Shown here piece after piece: positions 26,496 through 38,285 of a DNA stretch of 64,000 nt. The notes below the pieces were generated by a model. It saw only the letters and a program-made list of their open reading frames with translations. It was not told where the DNA came from and did not search any database. The stretch's first letter is position 1. Each line of letters opens with the position of its first letter. This DNA comes from Octopus bimaculoides (Eukaryota), in NCBI RefSeq assembly GCF_001194135.2, contig NC_068987.1, positions 36,013,400-36,077,399 on the forward strand, in the 5' to 3' direction. Both the position numbers and the translations under genes were made by a program.

Positions 26496-27487
26496 GTGGT
26501 GATGTGATGATGATGATGATGATGATGTTGATGATAGTCGTCATCATCATCATCATTATTATCATTTCTTTTATTTACTAATTTACTACCTGGGCGAAGG
26601 ATGAAAGGAGAATACATAGTCAGACATAAATCAATACCGCCACTTCAGCCCACACCATGGTCAAAACTAATATGTAAAATAACGTGAAGATGCCAAATGG
26701 AAAAAGAAGAAAATTGAAAGCAGCAATTACAGAAAAGAGATCGTAGGACAAAAGGCAAAGAAAAGCAATTCCAGCTGTCAATCGAAATCTCCTGCAAATT
26801 CCACCGTTAATGATGCCACCAAAACAAATAACTCCGACACAAACATAAATTAAAAGAAAACCATCAAATCGAGTTCCATTGCTTTCGGCGATGCTAGATA
26901 CGAAATGGTCGAGAAAACGTTTTTGTCGATTCAAAAAATGCTTTAAAATTGCAAAACCTATCCTAGAGAAATGTTGCCTAAATGTGACATTTAATATCTC
27001 AGAATCATTCCATCAACATTCTAGCCTAAGGGTAATTATTTATTAAACAACAATTATGAAAAGTTTAAAAAATTAGAACAGATAACGCAGCAGCAGATGG
27101 AAAGGTGCTTCTAATTGCTCTAGGGCAATAAAACATATATAACAAGAGAATGATAGCGAGAAACATTAGAAGTGAGATTCTATACCGATGCTGATGTATG
27201 AACCCATTCCACACCACCCTAACGAGGGATGAAATGGTCCTCCTATCAATTTAAATTCACCCTAGTGTATCTGAAATAAAAAGAAAATATTGAAACTGTC
27301 CCAAGAAATCAACATCTGCTGGTTGGAAGAGGCGGTACTCTTCGGCATAGACGGCAAAACTTATTGTCCGGCAAGGAGGTGGAGCAACTGATCCAAGTGG
27401 ATCACCGAATTATTCCTCCATTTGTTGCTGCTTATGATCCCGGTGCTATTAACATAGAGTAGAAAAAAAATATCGAAAAATTATCAA

Positions 27488-27692
27488 GGCGGCGAGCTGG
27501 CAGAAACGTTAGCACGCCGGGCGAAATGCTTATCAATATTTAGTCTGGTTTTATGTTTTGAGTTCAAATTCCGCCGAAGTCGACTTATCATTTCAGCGTC
27601 GATAAATTAAGTACCAGTAGCGTACTGAGGTAGATCTAATCGACTGGCCCCCTCTCCCAGTATTTCGGACCTTGTGCCTAGAGTAGAAAAGA
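27488..27692 (+). mobile_element. SINE family A (second tail type)
   Basis: ggcggcgagctggcagaaacgttagcacgccgggcgaaatgc...gagttcaaattccgcc...gccttgtgcctagagtagaaaag-like tail. Confidence 0.92.
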
Positions 27693-28712
27693 ACATGATG
27701 AAGACAGAGCGACGAATAGTTAGAATGTAAAAATCCATGCGCGGATTCAGGCTATAAATATCATTGAAGGATCGTATCCAAAATGCGTTCATTCTAGAAC
27801 GGACTGGACCGAACAATACCACTGCTAGAACACAAAGCTAAAACAATCCGGTAGGTTGGAGATACTATGAAGCTGACAGATCTCATGTGGAGTCGAATAG
27901 CTCTCCAGCGGGATTCGCGAGATCGAAAGTGTACTGAAAGTTCTCGAAGACAATGAAAATACGGAACCAAAAGGCACAGTTTCAGGAAGACTTGAAGTAC
28001 TTTGTAGCCAGCGTTCTATGCTGAAAGTCTGATCGATAGAGCAATAGATAAGTAAAGATTTGTGAGACAAATCTATGAGATTGAATAATTTTCGAGACAA
28101 CTTCAACGTGAAACAATGAAGGCGAATTAATTGGGAATGAACTCCTGTATGCACACTCCAAAATTCTGGAATCTGCTAATCAACGCCTGTCATTTCTAAT
28201 AATATAATTTCGTGAAAACAGAAAACAAGCTATTTTAGTACCTGTAAGTTCTGAAAATACTATTAGATTTCCCACAACAAATGAAGCTTTCTCCAACAAA
28301 AGAAATAATTCATCGTTTGTGTGCGAGTGAGTTGTTAGTTGTGTATATAATATATGCGTGTTTGTGAATAAATATATAGACATGAATAGATATATATACA
28401 CGCAAAAATATAGACGTACATGTATATAAAAAGAGGATTGTCACTGTTTTCCACCACGACGAAATCAGATTACACACGCACACATATACATACACGCACA
28501 CAAACGCAGATAAATATAATTATGCATCTATTTATATGCATACATATGGGTGTGAACACATATATGTACATAAACATCTGTATATACACAGTATTATATG
28601 TGCATCTATGCATGTATATGTGTGTGAGTGTGTGTGAGTGCCTGTGTGAGCATGTGTGTGAGTGTGTATGAGAGTGTGTGTGTGTGTATGTGTTGTGTAC
28701 GTTTGCATTTGT

Positions 28713-28769
<57 letters not shown>

Positions 28770-29686
28770 TATATATATTTACATATATATATGTATTTTC
28801 ATATAAATATATGTATGTATATGTTTGTGTATGTATATATATATCCGAACTTGAATGGATATGTGAGTATAGATATATACGTAAGAATATGCATATTGTC
28901 ATTCCATTTCTTACTTAGACATCTGTTTTCAGATGTTAAAAATGATATAGGAGAATTGTAAATGTCATCTTTCATAATGAATGTAAAAACCAGCACACAA
29001 CAATAGCAGCTTTAACATATTATCTATTAGAAAATCAACAAAAGTCATGTTTTCGCAAGAATTCTTCCTCTGCTATTGTGGTAGAGTGCCAGAATCATCG
29101 GAATGGCATATAAAATGCATACTTCTAGATGTATACGGACCATCACTTCGCTAGATCGAATGCCATCACACTCTATCTCGAGTCTCTTTGTTTCTTGTTC
29201 GATAAATTCTCTGCTAGGAGATAAGTTAAATCGATTATACTATGAAACTAACTGTGTAGCCTTGCGCCTGTAATGAATTTATATTTCAATTTCTTTGTGA
29301 TAGAAATGACTAACTTAGAGGACAATGTCGGATAATTTTCAAAGCCTTTCAGCATTAATAAACTTATCCAAATGCAGGAAATCTTTACTATAAAATGAAT
29401 TAACTTTGTATAAAATTCCATTTCATTTTAATAAAGTACATTAGGACTTCACACTGTAATTATTTCATGTGTTGCTTTCGATAGTAACAATTTCAATTTT
29501 ATTAGAGTGCCAGCATTTAAGTACGCTTACCCATTACATACTATTCAGATAGTTTTCACTCAATTGTACCTGAAATTTATGCCTTATCACATATCGAAAT
29601 GCAGTATACATTTATTCATACCTATTTCTGCATTTACTCATGTTGTGTCTACGAACCCAGGCGAAGAAGTAGGATCTCCCAAGACA

Positions 29687-29694
29687 TATAAATA
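29687..29694 (+). promoter_or_regulatory. TATA-like box (promoter or LTR-like context, unresolved)
   Basis: TATAAATA followed by a GC-richer leader-like stretch; motif only. Confidence 0.15.
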
Positions 29695-30113
29695 GAGGTA
29701 GTCTGGCCGTGGAAGGACTGTCGAGTAGCAGTCGAGTAGCAGTTGTGTAGTGGTTGAGCAGAGATCATCCGAAGGCGCTAGTTAGCAGTAGCTTGAGACA
29801 TAAAAACTCAAGTTACTAAAGCGTAAACTCTAACACTTAAGCACCTGATTTTTTAATATATTACCTTAATTATTCCGCTAGGCTAAACAAACAAAACTAT
29901 ATAATATCGAAGCATTCTTTTTTCTACAACCTTAGCTAAATTATATTTTTGTAAGGCGCAAACAACAAAAGTTCTCCAGTAAATCGGCTGTTTTTTTCTT
30001 TTTTTTTTCTTGCGTTGATATGAAGATTGTCATATCCACATTTGATCATGATATAAAACTAAATTTCAGGTATGAATATACCATTGGAACTGAATTCCAC
30101 TTATATGACTTAC

Positions 30114-30283
30114 GACATCGTGCAACCCAGTATATAACTTATTAATTTCTCGACAGGTATATAGATCCTAAATGCTACATTCTGAAACGTTTTCTGGAAA
30201 TCGGTGATGTTATGCATGTTGCGCAGATCTTCATCTGTTACGTTGGTCATTTCGGTTGATTTACAAAATTTGCGGTGCACAAC
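30114..30283 (-). CDS. Candidate internal coding exon (VVHRKFCKSTEMTNVTDEDLRNMHNITDFQKTFQNVAFRIYIPVEKLISYILGCTM), protein unidentified
   Basis: Strong acceptor (tacttttccatcacctttttccag), consensus GTAAGT donor, 170 nt open in phase 0 to 2, two N-x-T sequons. Confidence 0.5.
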
Positions 30284-30559
30284 CTGGAAAAAGGTGATGG
30301 AAAAGTAGTTGATGTAATACATTACATTCATAAACAACAGTGGAGTTTTGGGGATTTTATAAATGAAGCACAACTGCCAGATTGCTTATGCCTACCAATA
30401 TACAGTTCCATTTTGAATTATTTGTTATTCTGGTTAAAAAATACCTAGGTTTTACCTTTTAGGTGTGACAAGATTTTTTCTGTTACATGAGTAAATAATG
30501 CGATGTCAGAGGAAATGTTGTGGAAGTAAAATGTAGACGGCTGGTTTCAATTTATGTAA

Positions 30560-30900
30560 ATTACTGATACATATTTTCTAAGCTCAATTCACGACAATAA
30601 CGAATATCAAATGCTAAAGAAACCATCCCTGTCACATCAAGAAGCTGAACTAAATCCATGAACTTGCAAACACTTTCTCGTCATATAGAGATAGTCGTCT
30701 ATTTGCAATCTTGATGTTAGAAAGCAAATTATTTGCGATTCCAAACTGAATATTAATCTTCTAGGCTGTGTATTTGCTGATTACATCAAAGGCTTCATTC
30801 ACGTCAACAAAAATAAAAGTTAGCGGGCTTTTGATGCTCTTAGCAATTCTTTATGATGCACATTAAGATAAATATGTGCATTATTTCTGACAATTTAAGT
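30560..30900 (-). mobile_element. Highly decayed RTE-like LINE RT fragment
   Basis: SPLTFIFVDVNEAFDVIS (fiD..kAFD motif) followed by *QGWFL*HLIFVIV (QG..LSP.LF motif). Confidence 0.55.
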
Positions 30901-31057
30901 ATAAATCCTGCCTGCTTTACATGAAAATTTCCATTCACCATTTTCAGCAAGTGCCACAAATATGCGTATGTATATATGTATGTGTATGTGAGTATTGGTC
31001 TGTGTGCGCGTGTCTCTCTCTCTAGTCTATATGTACACAAACATATATATGTATATG

Positions 31058-31095
<38 letters not shown>

Positions 31096-32857
31096 NNNNN
31101 NNNNNNNNNNNNNNNNNNNNNNNNNNNNNNNNNNNNNNNNNNNNNNNNNNNNNNNNNNNNNNNNNNNNNNNNNNNNNNNNNNNNNNNNNNNNNNNNNNNN
31201 NNNNNNNNNNNNNNNNNNNNNNNNNNNNNNNNNNNNNNNNNNNNNNNNNNNNNNNNNNNNNNNNNNNNNNNNNNNNNNNNNNNNNNNNNNNNNNNNNNNN
31301 NNNNNNNNNNNNNNNNNNNNNNNNNNNNNNNNNNNNNNNNNNNNNNNNNNNNNNNNNNNNNNNNNNNNNNNNNNNNNNNNNNNNNNNNNNNNNNNNNNNN
31401 NNNNNNNNNNNNNNNNNNNNNNNNNNNNNNNNNNNNNNNNNNNNNNNNNNNNNNNNNNNNNNNNNNNNNNNNNNNNNNNNNNNNNNNNNNNNNNNNNNNN
31501 NNNNNNNNNNNNNNNNNNTATATATATGTATATATATAACATATTCATATATATATATATATATATAATAAATATATGTATGTATTTACAGTTATATCAT
31601 TCCTCCGATCTTCTTGCATTCACAGAGAACACTGATACCATGAAGGTAAAGGCAGCATTCTTTAAGCTGTCATGAACAATTTAAATCTCCAAGATTAGCC
31701 AAAATCACATAACAGCAGTTAAAACAGTAACGCTGACAGTTTGAACGCCATCTACTAATATAATCTAAAATTTAAAATGCAATATTTTTTGTTCTTGTTT
31801 TATTGTCACATAACATATTGCTAAATATTTTAGTAAAGTGAAATGTGGCAGCTGCATCATTCATGCTTTCCTAGTGCCATAACTAAATAGTAGTGCTGTA
31901 TCAAGTACACAACGCTGAGTTATTAAACAGACTAAGGAACATTTGATATACATTACATCAAGTAACATTCACCTATGGTATTTATGTGTCCAGATTTCTC
32001 TCTGTCGACCATAAATACATATGAGGTATACAAAATCCACATTATAATCTGCTATTTCTTTTTTCATTGAGGGCGATAAAGATATCACCGATCACACAAT
32101 GAAAGGTATTCGTCTTCCTTGATCCTTTATCTCTCTGATTCACAAAGAAATTATCGTTGGTCGGCATTTGACTTCTCGGCGCATGCATGATATATCAGGG
32201 TTTTTGACTTTCTTGGTTCTTAGTCTAATGGTTCGTCACTTTTTCTAGCTCGGTTCTCAGTAGAGTTCTACAATGATCGAATCATCGTATGTAATAAGAC
32301 TTTAAAGTATCTCATTGTCTATTTTAAGTATAGTCGGTTACACCAATCCTGTCTTGGGTGACTGAGGTATGGAGCTGGCCAGAATATTTCACATGTATTT
32401 CAAGTGAACCATGGGAGGTGAATATTAGTGGCAAAAGGTTTATGAAAAGAAGGACATCTCAGTTGGTGCAAACAAAACTATTAGACCCCATGGTACACCG
32501 TATCTCCGATTCTCTGAAAGTCATTCAATCACTGAGATTACTAAGCTGTCGTTTTCATATCTTTGTTAACTTTTAATTAGTAACTACATAATTTCCTCTC
32601 TTAATTGTAATATTGATTAATTAAAATTATTTAGATCAACCCATTAAATATACTTGACTGAGAGCGTAATATCCAAGTATCATTCATTGAACCTAATCAC
32701 TAGAGCGTTAATAAGTTTTTCATTCCTTCATTATACAACTGAACAAAGATTGTATTTAGCGCACTTTTCGGCTTATAACCAGTCAACTTATCTGTATACC
32801 CACCAGGACTAATTATAAATAACTACCCATATACCCGGGCGCGCAAATGTATGGGTG

Positions 32858-32990
32858 CAGGCATGGTGTGTGGTAAGGAACTTTGCTTTGTATGTACCAG
32901 GTTATAGAGTAGCAACTTCAGCAAGTGTCTTCTATTGTAACCCCGGAGCGACTAAATCATTTCCACTGGATTTAGTAGGCGGAAATTGAA
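32858..32990 (+). mobile_element. SINE family B 5' part, diverged
   Basis: gcaggcatggtgtgtggtaag...gcaagtgtcttctattg...ggatttagtaggcggaaattgaaa followed by (CA)n; similar to the 39622 copy. Confidence 0.6.
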
Positions 32991-33006
32991 AATTATCACA
33001 CACACA

Positions 33007-33062
<56 letters not shown>

Positions 33063-33670
33063 NNNNNNNNNNNNNNNNNNNNNNNNNNNNNNNNNNNNNN
33101 NNNNNNNNNNNNNNNNNNNNNNNNNNNNNNNNNNNNNNNNNNNNNNNNNNNNNNNNNNNNNNNNNNNNNNNNNNNNNNNNNNNNNNNNNNNNNNNNNNNN
33201 NNNNNNNNNNNNNNNNNNNNNNNNNNNNNNNNNNNNNNNNNNNNNNNNNNNNNNNNNNNNNNNNNNNNNNNNNNNNNNNNNNNNNNNNNNNNNNNNNNNN
33301 NNNNNNNNNNNNNNNNNNNNNNNNNNNNNNNNNNNNNNNNNNNNNNNNNNNNNNNNNNNNNNNNNNNNNNNNNNNNNNNNNNNNNNNNNNNNNNNNNNNN
33401 NNNNNNNNNNNNNNNNNNNNNNNNNNNNNNNNNNNNNNNNNNNNNNNNNNNNNNNNNNNNNNNNNNNNNNNNNNNNNNNNNNNNNNNNNNNNNNNNNNNN
33501 NNNNNNNNNNNNNNNNNNNNNNNNNNNNNNNNNNNNNNNNNNNNNNNNNNNNNNNNNNNNNNNNNNNNNNNNNNNNNNNNNNNNNNNNNNNNNNNNNNNN
33601 NNNNNNNNNCGGAATCTTGGGGTCTGCAGCCCGCGCTCTTAACCATTACGCCATATGCACCCCGAACTCG

Positions 33671-33945
33671 GGGCATATGGCATAGTGGTTAAGAGCGCAG
33701 GCTACGAACCCAAGATTCCGAGTTCGATTCCAGGCCGTGACCTGAATAATAATAATAATAATAATAATAACAACTTTCAAAAATATCTTAAGAATGAGAA
33801 ACCTGGTTCGAAATTTCCCTAGGACACTTGATGAAGGCTGGATGGTATATCAGCTGAAGCGTTGTGTTTACAACATACAAGATGCGACAAATAGCCGTCA
33901 AATGTAAATACTGTACATAATTCTTCATCTCTTAAATATAGAACT
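33671..33945 (+). mobile_element. tRNA-headed element: Pol III A/B-box head, (AAT)n spacer, hammerhead-relic-bearing 3' module
   Basis: A box TGGCATAGTGG 33678-33688, B box GTTCGATTC 33722-33730, then (AAT)n and an HHR-like motif at 33823-33868. Confidence 0.7.
33823..33868 (+). ncRNA. Degenerate minimal type I hammerhead ribozyme
   Basis: GACAC-TTGATGA-A-GGCTG(n10)CAGCT-GAAG-CGTT-GTGTT: stems I and II pair; three transitions away from CUGAUGA/GAAA with a palindromic ACGU stem III. Confidence 0.65.
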
Positions 33946-34097
33946 AGACTTCTTTCAGTTTGCATCTACCAAATCCAGTTACAAACATACATGTATATAT
34001 ACATACACGGTTCCTGCACCGTTCTGAGATGCATAAACCTGGTAATAAATAATACGATAATGGTAGTAGACAGATAGCATTTTAATTTGACATTGAT

Positions 34098-35070
34098 TAC
34101 ACCAAGAACATTTCTCACCAAGTATTGCCACCGTTTTCGGAAATTACTTCCTCCACAAGAGAATAAATGTTTTTTTTGTTTTTTTGGCTGCTGGCGCAAG
34201 ATCTACCGTATTGATCTTTCGTGTCGTACGCACGATGCAGGTCTTCAAACTGTTGACGCTCGAGTATGGTGAAGCATTGGTCCTTGCTTGAAAGACGTCC
34301 CATAAAAAGTAATCGGAAAGGTTAAGATCTGGACTATTACTTGTCCAGATGTTGGCCCTCACAGAAGATCGCATCCTCTCACCAACGAAAGCCTGTGTTG
34401 CTATTGAGCCATGGTATGGTGCATAATCATGGATAAGCACCACATTGCCAAGCCTAAGCTTCTGCTTCATCCAAAGTGACAGAGTTCTTCAGGATGTCCA
34501 TATATTCCTTTGCGCTGATCTTCAAGCCAGACTCAATGAAGTGTGGATCCATGACCCTTCCATTACTCGCCACGACCTCAAATATCATCACAGAGGAATC
34601 GCAGATGAGACGTCAGATGGGTTGTATGCAATGACTGGAGAATTTCTGCGCTTCACCTCAGCGTCCACAGCGAACTTCTCGTTTACAAACATGAGAGTTT
34701 TTCATGCACCTTAAAACTTGATGAATAAGAGAATCGGTGGACAACTTTCGACTCTGATTGGTTTGGCCTTTGCTCCTAGGATGTGATGACATTGTCGAAC
34801 GTAGCTACTCCGGCCAAGGTTTGTGTTCACAGTTCTGGACACTGTTGAAAGGGACAAATTGCGTTTCTTTGAAAGAGTTGTCATGGATCTGGATGGAGTC
34901 GCTTCCATCGAGGGTCTGAAGCCATGGAGAAACTTTGGATTGCACTTGGAATCACTACGAGTCTTGTGTACTTTTCTATCAATCTTTCCCTACTCTTTAA
35001 TTTGTTTATACACACGATAAACCGTTGCTTTTCGAAGTTTCGTTAACTTAATTTTATATATGTTGGTGTA
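34098..35070 (-). mobile_element. Decayed Tc1/mariner-superfamily transposon, DD37D (maT-like)
   Basis: Transposase remnants RKATVYRVYKQIKE...SMTTLSKKRNLSLSTVSRTV...; exactly 37 residues between HD(YAP) and SPDLNLSD; only 8-bp terminal match TACACCAA/TTGGTGTA. Confidence 0.85.
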
Positions 35071-35613
35071 TAATTGTGTGTCTGTGTTTTTGTTTATATC
35101 CGTTCGTCAAAATATTTGTTTTGAGATATAAGGGTAACCTTGAGATAGTTGATACATAAGTGTTATCACTTTAAAATGAATTCAGTTAAAAATTTCTCGA
35201 GAAAAATATTTCATTTTCTGTATATATCTATCAAAGATATAGTTTGTGCTATTATGCTTATGAGACTGAAATACTTATGTACATATATTTATTACCATTC
35301 TTTATGAATGTACCGTCATTGAAGTGTATTGTTATTAGCTTATTTATAACAATGCACTTTTGGAAGCAATAATTTATAATTTACATTTGCATAGAAATTG
35401 AATTTTTGTAGTTTAAAGTACACAATATCATTCTGCTTAACTCTTATAGAATAATACATTTGTATGTTTCGATATAAGGTAATATATTTAACTACATTAG
35501 CATACAAAATATATTGGTAAGATTATTCGAATACTCTTCTCAATGTATGTAAATTAAACTTATAGGCCTATAAAATCGTATACAGGCAAATATCTTTGTA
35601 CGCATATGTGTGT

Positions 35614-35715
<102 letters not shown>

Positions 35716-35729
35716 TTATAAGAATACGC

Positions 35730-35771
<42 letters not shown>

Positions 35772-36229
35772 GCCGGATTCTTTATATTTTGTTGTTATAC
35801 TTATGTTTAAATGGTTTTCAAAATAGTATTTGGACATTAATTACAGATGTGTTTACTATTAGTCGATATGCTGGTTTATGTGCGCTTACCTGCTTCAACG
35901 TTAACATTATTATTTTGTTTCGTTTCATATTAATTTTCTGCAACAGTAAATGATCGGATGTTACCTTTAAAATAAAAAAAAGAAATTGAAAGATAATACT
36001 AATATTCACTTTCATCTTTCCTGAAAATATGTCAACATGCATATTCATACACCATTAAAATGCGATCCATGAAAAATTGCGTACGTGAGTATTTTATTAC
36101 AAGAAAGCCCAAATTCTGTTAAAGAAATATTAAAGAATATTATGGGAAATATATTTCTTTGAGAATATCTTAACCGACGAGAAAATAAGTTTGAGATGAA
36201 AAAAAAAACAACTTCCACCACGTATATTC

Positions 36230-36343
36230 TTCTCATTCAATACTTTAAATGAATGGAAAAGTAAAATTCTCATTCAATACTTTAAATGAATGTAAAAGTA
36301 AAATTCTCATTCAATACTTTAAATGAATGTAAAAGTAAAATTC
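36230..36343. repeat. 37-bp tandem minisatellite, 3 copies
   Basis: ttctcattcaatactttaaatgaatg(g/t)aaaagtaaaa at 36230, 36267, 36304. Confidence 0.97.
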
Positions 36344-37087
36344 GAATAATGCAATAACAAATTCCATGAAAATGACCCGGTGATATCAAGATTATTATGA
36401 ACCACAACTGTCTAGTTGTTCAATCAAACGAAACTATAAATATATTTGAAGAGTTCTACTTATCGCCAGGCGATATACACCACGTTTTCAAGTACCTGTA
36501 AGTAGGCTAAGTTGCCCCTCTTGTCGTGATTAATACATCGGTGGAGTTAGAGTAGCCTATCTTAGCATCGAGGATAGAATGGACATTTTAATACCATTAA
36601 AGAGATGGTATACCATTAAACAGACACAAAATGAATTTCCAAATCATGCGAACATGGCGATGAATAATCCTTTGAAAGCAACTATGCAGTAAACCGTGTG
36701 GATACAGTAACTCACTTTGATCTGCAGGAAACTAAATTCGATGCAAAAAAGAAAAAAAAATATCAAATATTTTATATTTGATTTGCAAGATTATTGATGT
36801 GAACCCGTGTGTTGAAAAGAGCTTTGTCGTATCCTTGGAGAAACACATGCACAATTTCAGTTTCCCATTATTGTTAGTCAATTGGTTAGATATTTAAACT
36901 ACTAGCTAATGGATTGTTTGGTAAATTTGTTACTTTTTCAGTCAATTTGTTGTTTATTATTGACGGAATGGCAACAAAATAATCTAAATTATATGCGGCC
37001 ATAACAGAGGATTCTATCTTTCTGTAGTGCACACTGTATAAAGACAAAATGGACTAAAAGGAACAGGGGGAAATACGGGCAATGGAG

Positions 37088-37133
37088 AGTCACTGAAGAG
37101 GTCATAGGATGTGTGACGAAAGATCTTCAGACA
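37088..37133 (+). ncRNA. Hammerhead ribozyme relic (probable PLE-type 3' end)
   Basis: CTGAAGA-G-GTCATA(ggatg)TGTGAC-GAAA-GATCT: intact core, 6-bp stem II, palindromic AGATCT stem III; stem I (GTCA vs CAGAC) damaged. Confidence 0.6.
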
Positions 37134-38059
37134 AAGGACATAAAAGAAAAACAATAATAAATCTGAAGTGTTGAACTAATATATATTGCGTGTATTTATT
37201 TGGTAATAAAATGACAGTCCAGAAATATAACAATATGTATGTGTATATGTATGTATGCATGTATGTATGTATGTATGTATGCATGTATATATGTATGCAT
37301 GTATATATGTATGTATGTTTGTATGTCAGGTCGCTCTTGAGCGCTACTAGTAATATGTAATCCAGTACATCCTGTTGCATGTTGGGGTCGTCGCCGTCTA
37401 AACTGGCAGCCGCATCAAACCGGCTTGGTGAGGATGATGATTGTTGGACACCGTGCAGGAGGAAAAAATAAGATCTTTCAAAGGGCGGAAGAGCTCATAA
37501 TCAGTCAGCGGCCATCCAACAATATGTGTATATATGCATGCATGTGTGTATGCACGGGGACATGGAAATACCTGTATTGGTGTCCAGGCGCGCGGTTAGC
37601 CCACTAGGATTGAGAGATCCCTCTGTTATTGTCACAACATCTCCCTAGGAGAGAGAAACTCCGAGAGAAAATCTGTGATGTTGACAGTATTCGATGATGT
37701 AGACTAATTCTTCTTGGCGAATTTATGTTGTCCATGATTAGAGAGTGATATTGGATTCTCTACTATAAAAAACCATGCACAGGCATTGCTTGAAAAAAAA
37801 TAAGACCTATCACAAAACGGTCGTAGACTTTACATGTGTGGGACCCTCGATCAAGCTATGGCAATACCCGAACACGAGTTTGCAGCCATCATGTATGTAT
37901 GTATGTATGGATGGATGGATGGATGGATGGATGGATGGATGGATGGATGGAAGGATGGAGGGAGGGAAGGAGGCAGGCATTTGCTTATATGTGCAGATTT
38001 GTATAGTTTGCTTTATGTGTGTATTCCCACGCATATTGTTGCATATCTAGACATTCTCA

Positions 38060-38285
38060 TATATATTTAAATGATAAACCTCTGGGTGGTTTTACAGTTT
38101 TTTACAGTTCCAGCAGTGGATTCGATCTGTAGTCTTTGAATTAGCTTTCTACTTTCTGGTTTTGAGGAGCCCGATTTCTCAAGATTGGTATTTAGGCAGT
38201 GTGTTACATATCTCAGGGCCCCAATAATTACAAGCATAAACCTGAACTTGTAATCTGAATTGTGTGACTGCAGACTTCTCAATAG
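38060..38285 (-). mobile_element. 3' end of a REL-type LINE
   Basis: DYKFRFMLVIIGALRYVTHCLNTNLEK...LQIESTAGTVKNCKT resembles the REL LINE C-terminus. Confidence 0.7.

Noticed and set aside
25789-26617. Poly-I, poly-N and poly-L ORFs
   Set aside because: Translations of (AAT)n arrays.
26610-28200. Protein-like frames with in-frame stops (possible L1/Tx1 ORF1 or pseudogene)
   Set aside because: No diagnostic motif to assign a family.
31590-32560. Chain of small plus-strand exon-like segments
   Set aside because: The joined frame hits stops and the splice signals are weak; likely over-fitting in AT-rich DNA.
30976-33676. Long X-containing ORFs (also at 6.4k, 10.6k, 41.5k, 44.7k, 51.8k, 54k)
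   Set aside because: They run through assembly N-gaps.
33610-33745. Possible tRNA gene (left arm has a CTGCAGA Cys-like loop)
   Set aside because: No proper acceptor stem and the anticodon arms differ between copies; this is a SINE-type head.
36230-36343. CRISPR-like 37-bp repeats
   Set aside because: The units are contiguous with no spacers, the context is eukaryotic, and there are no cas genes.
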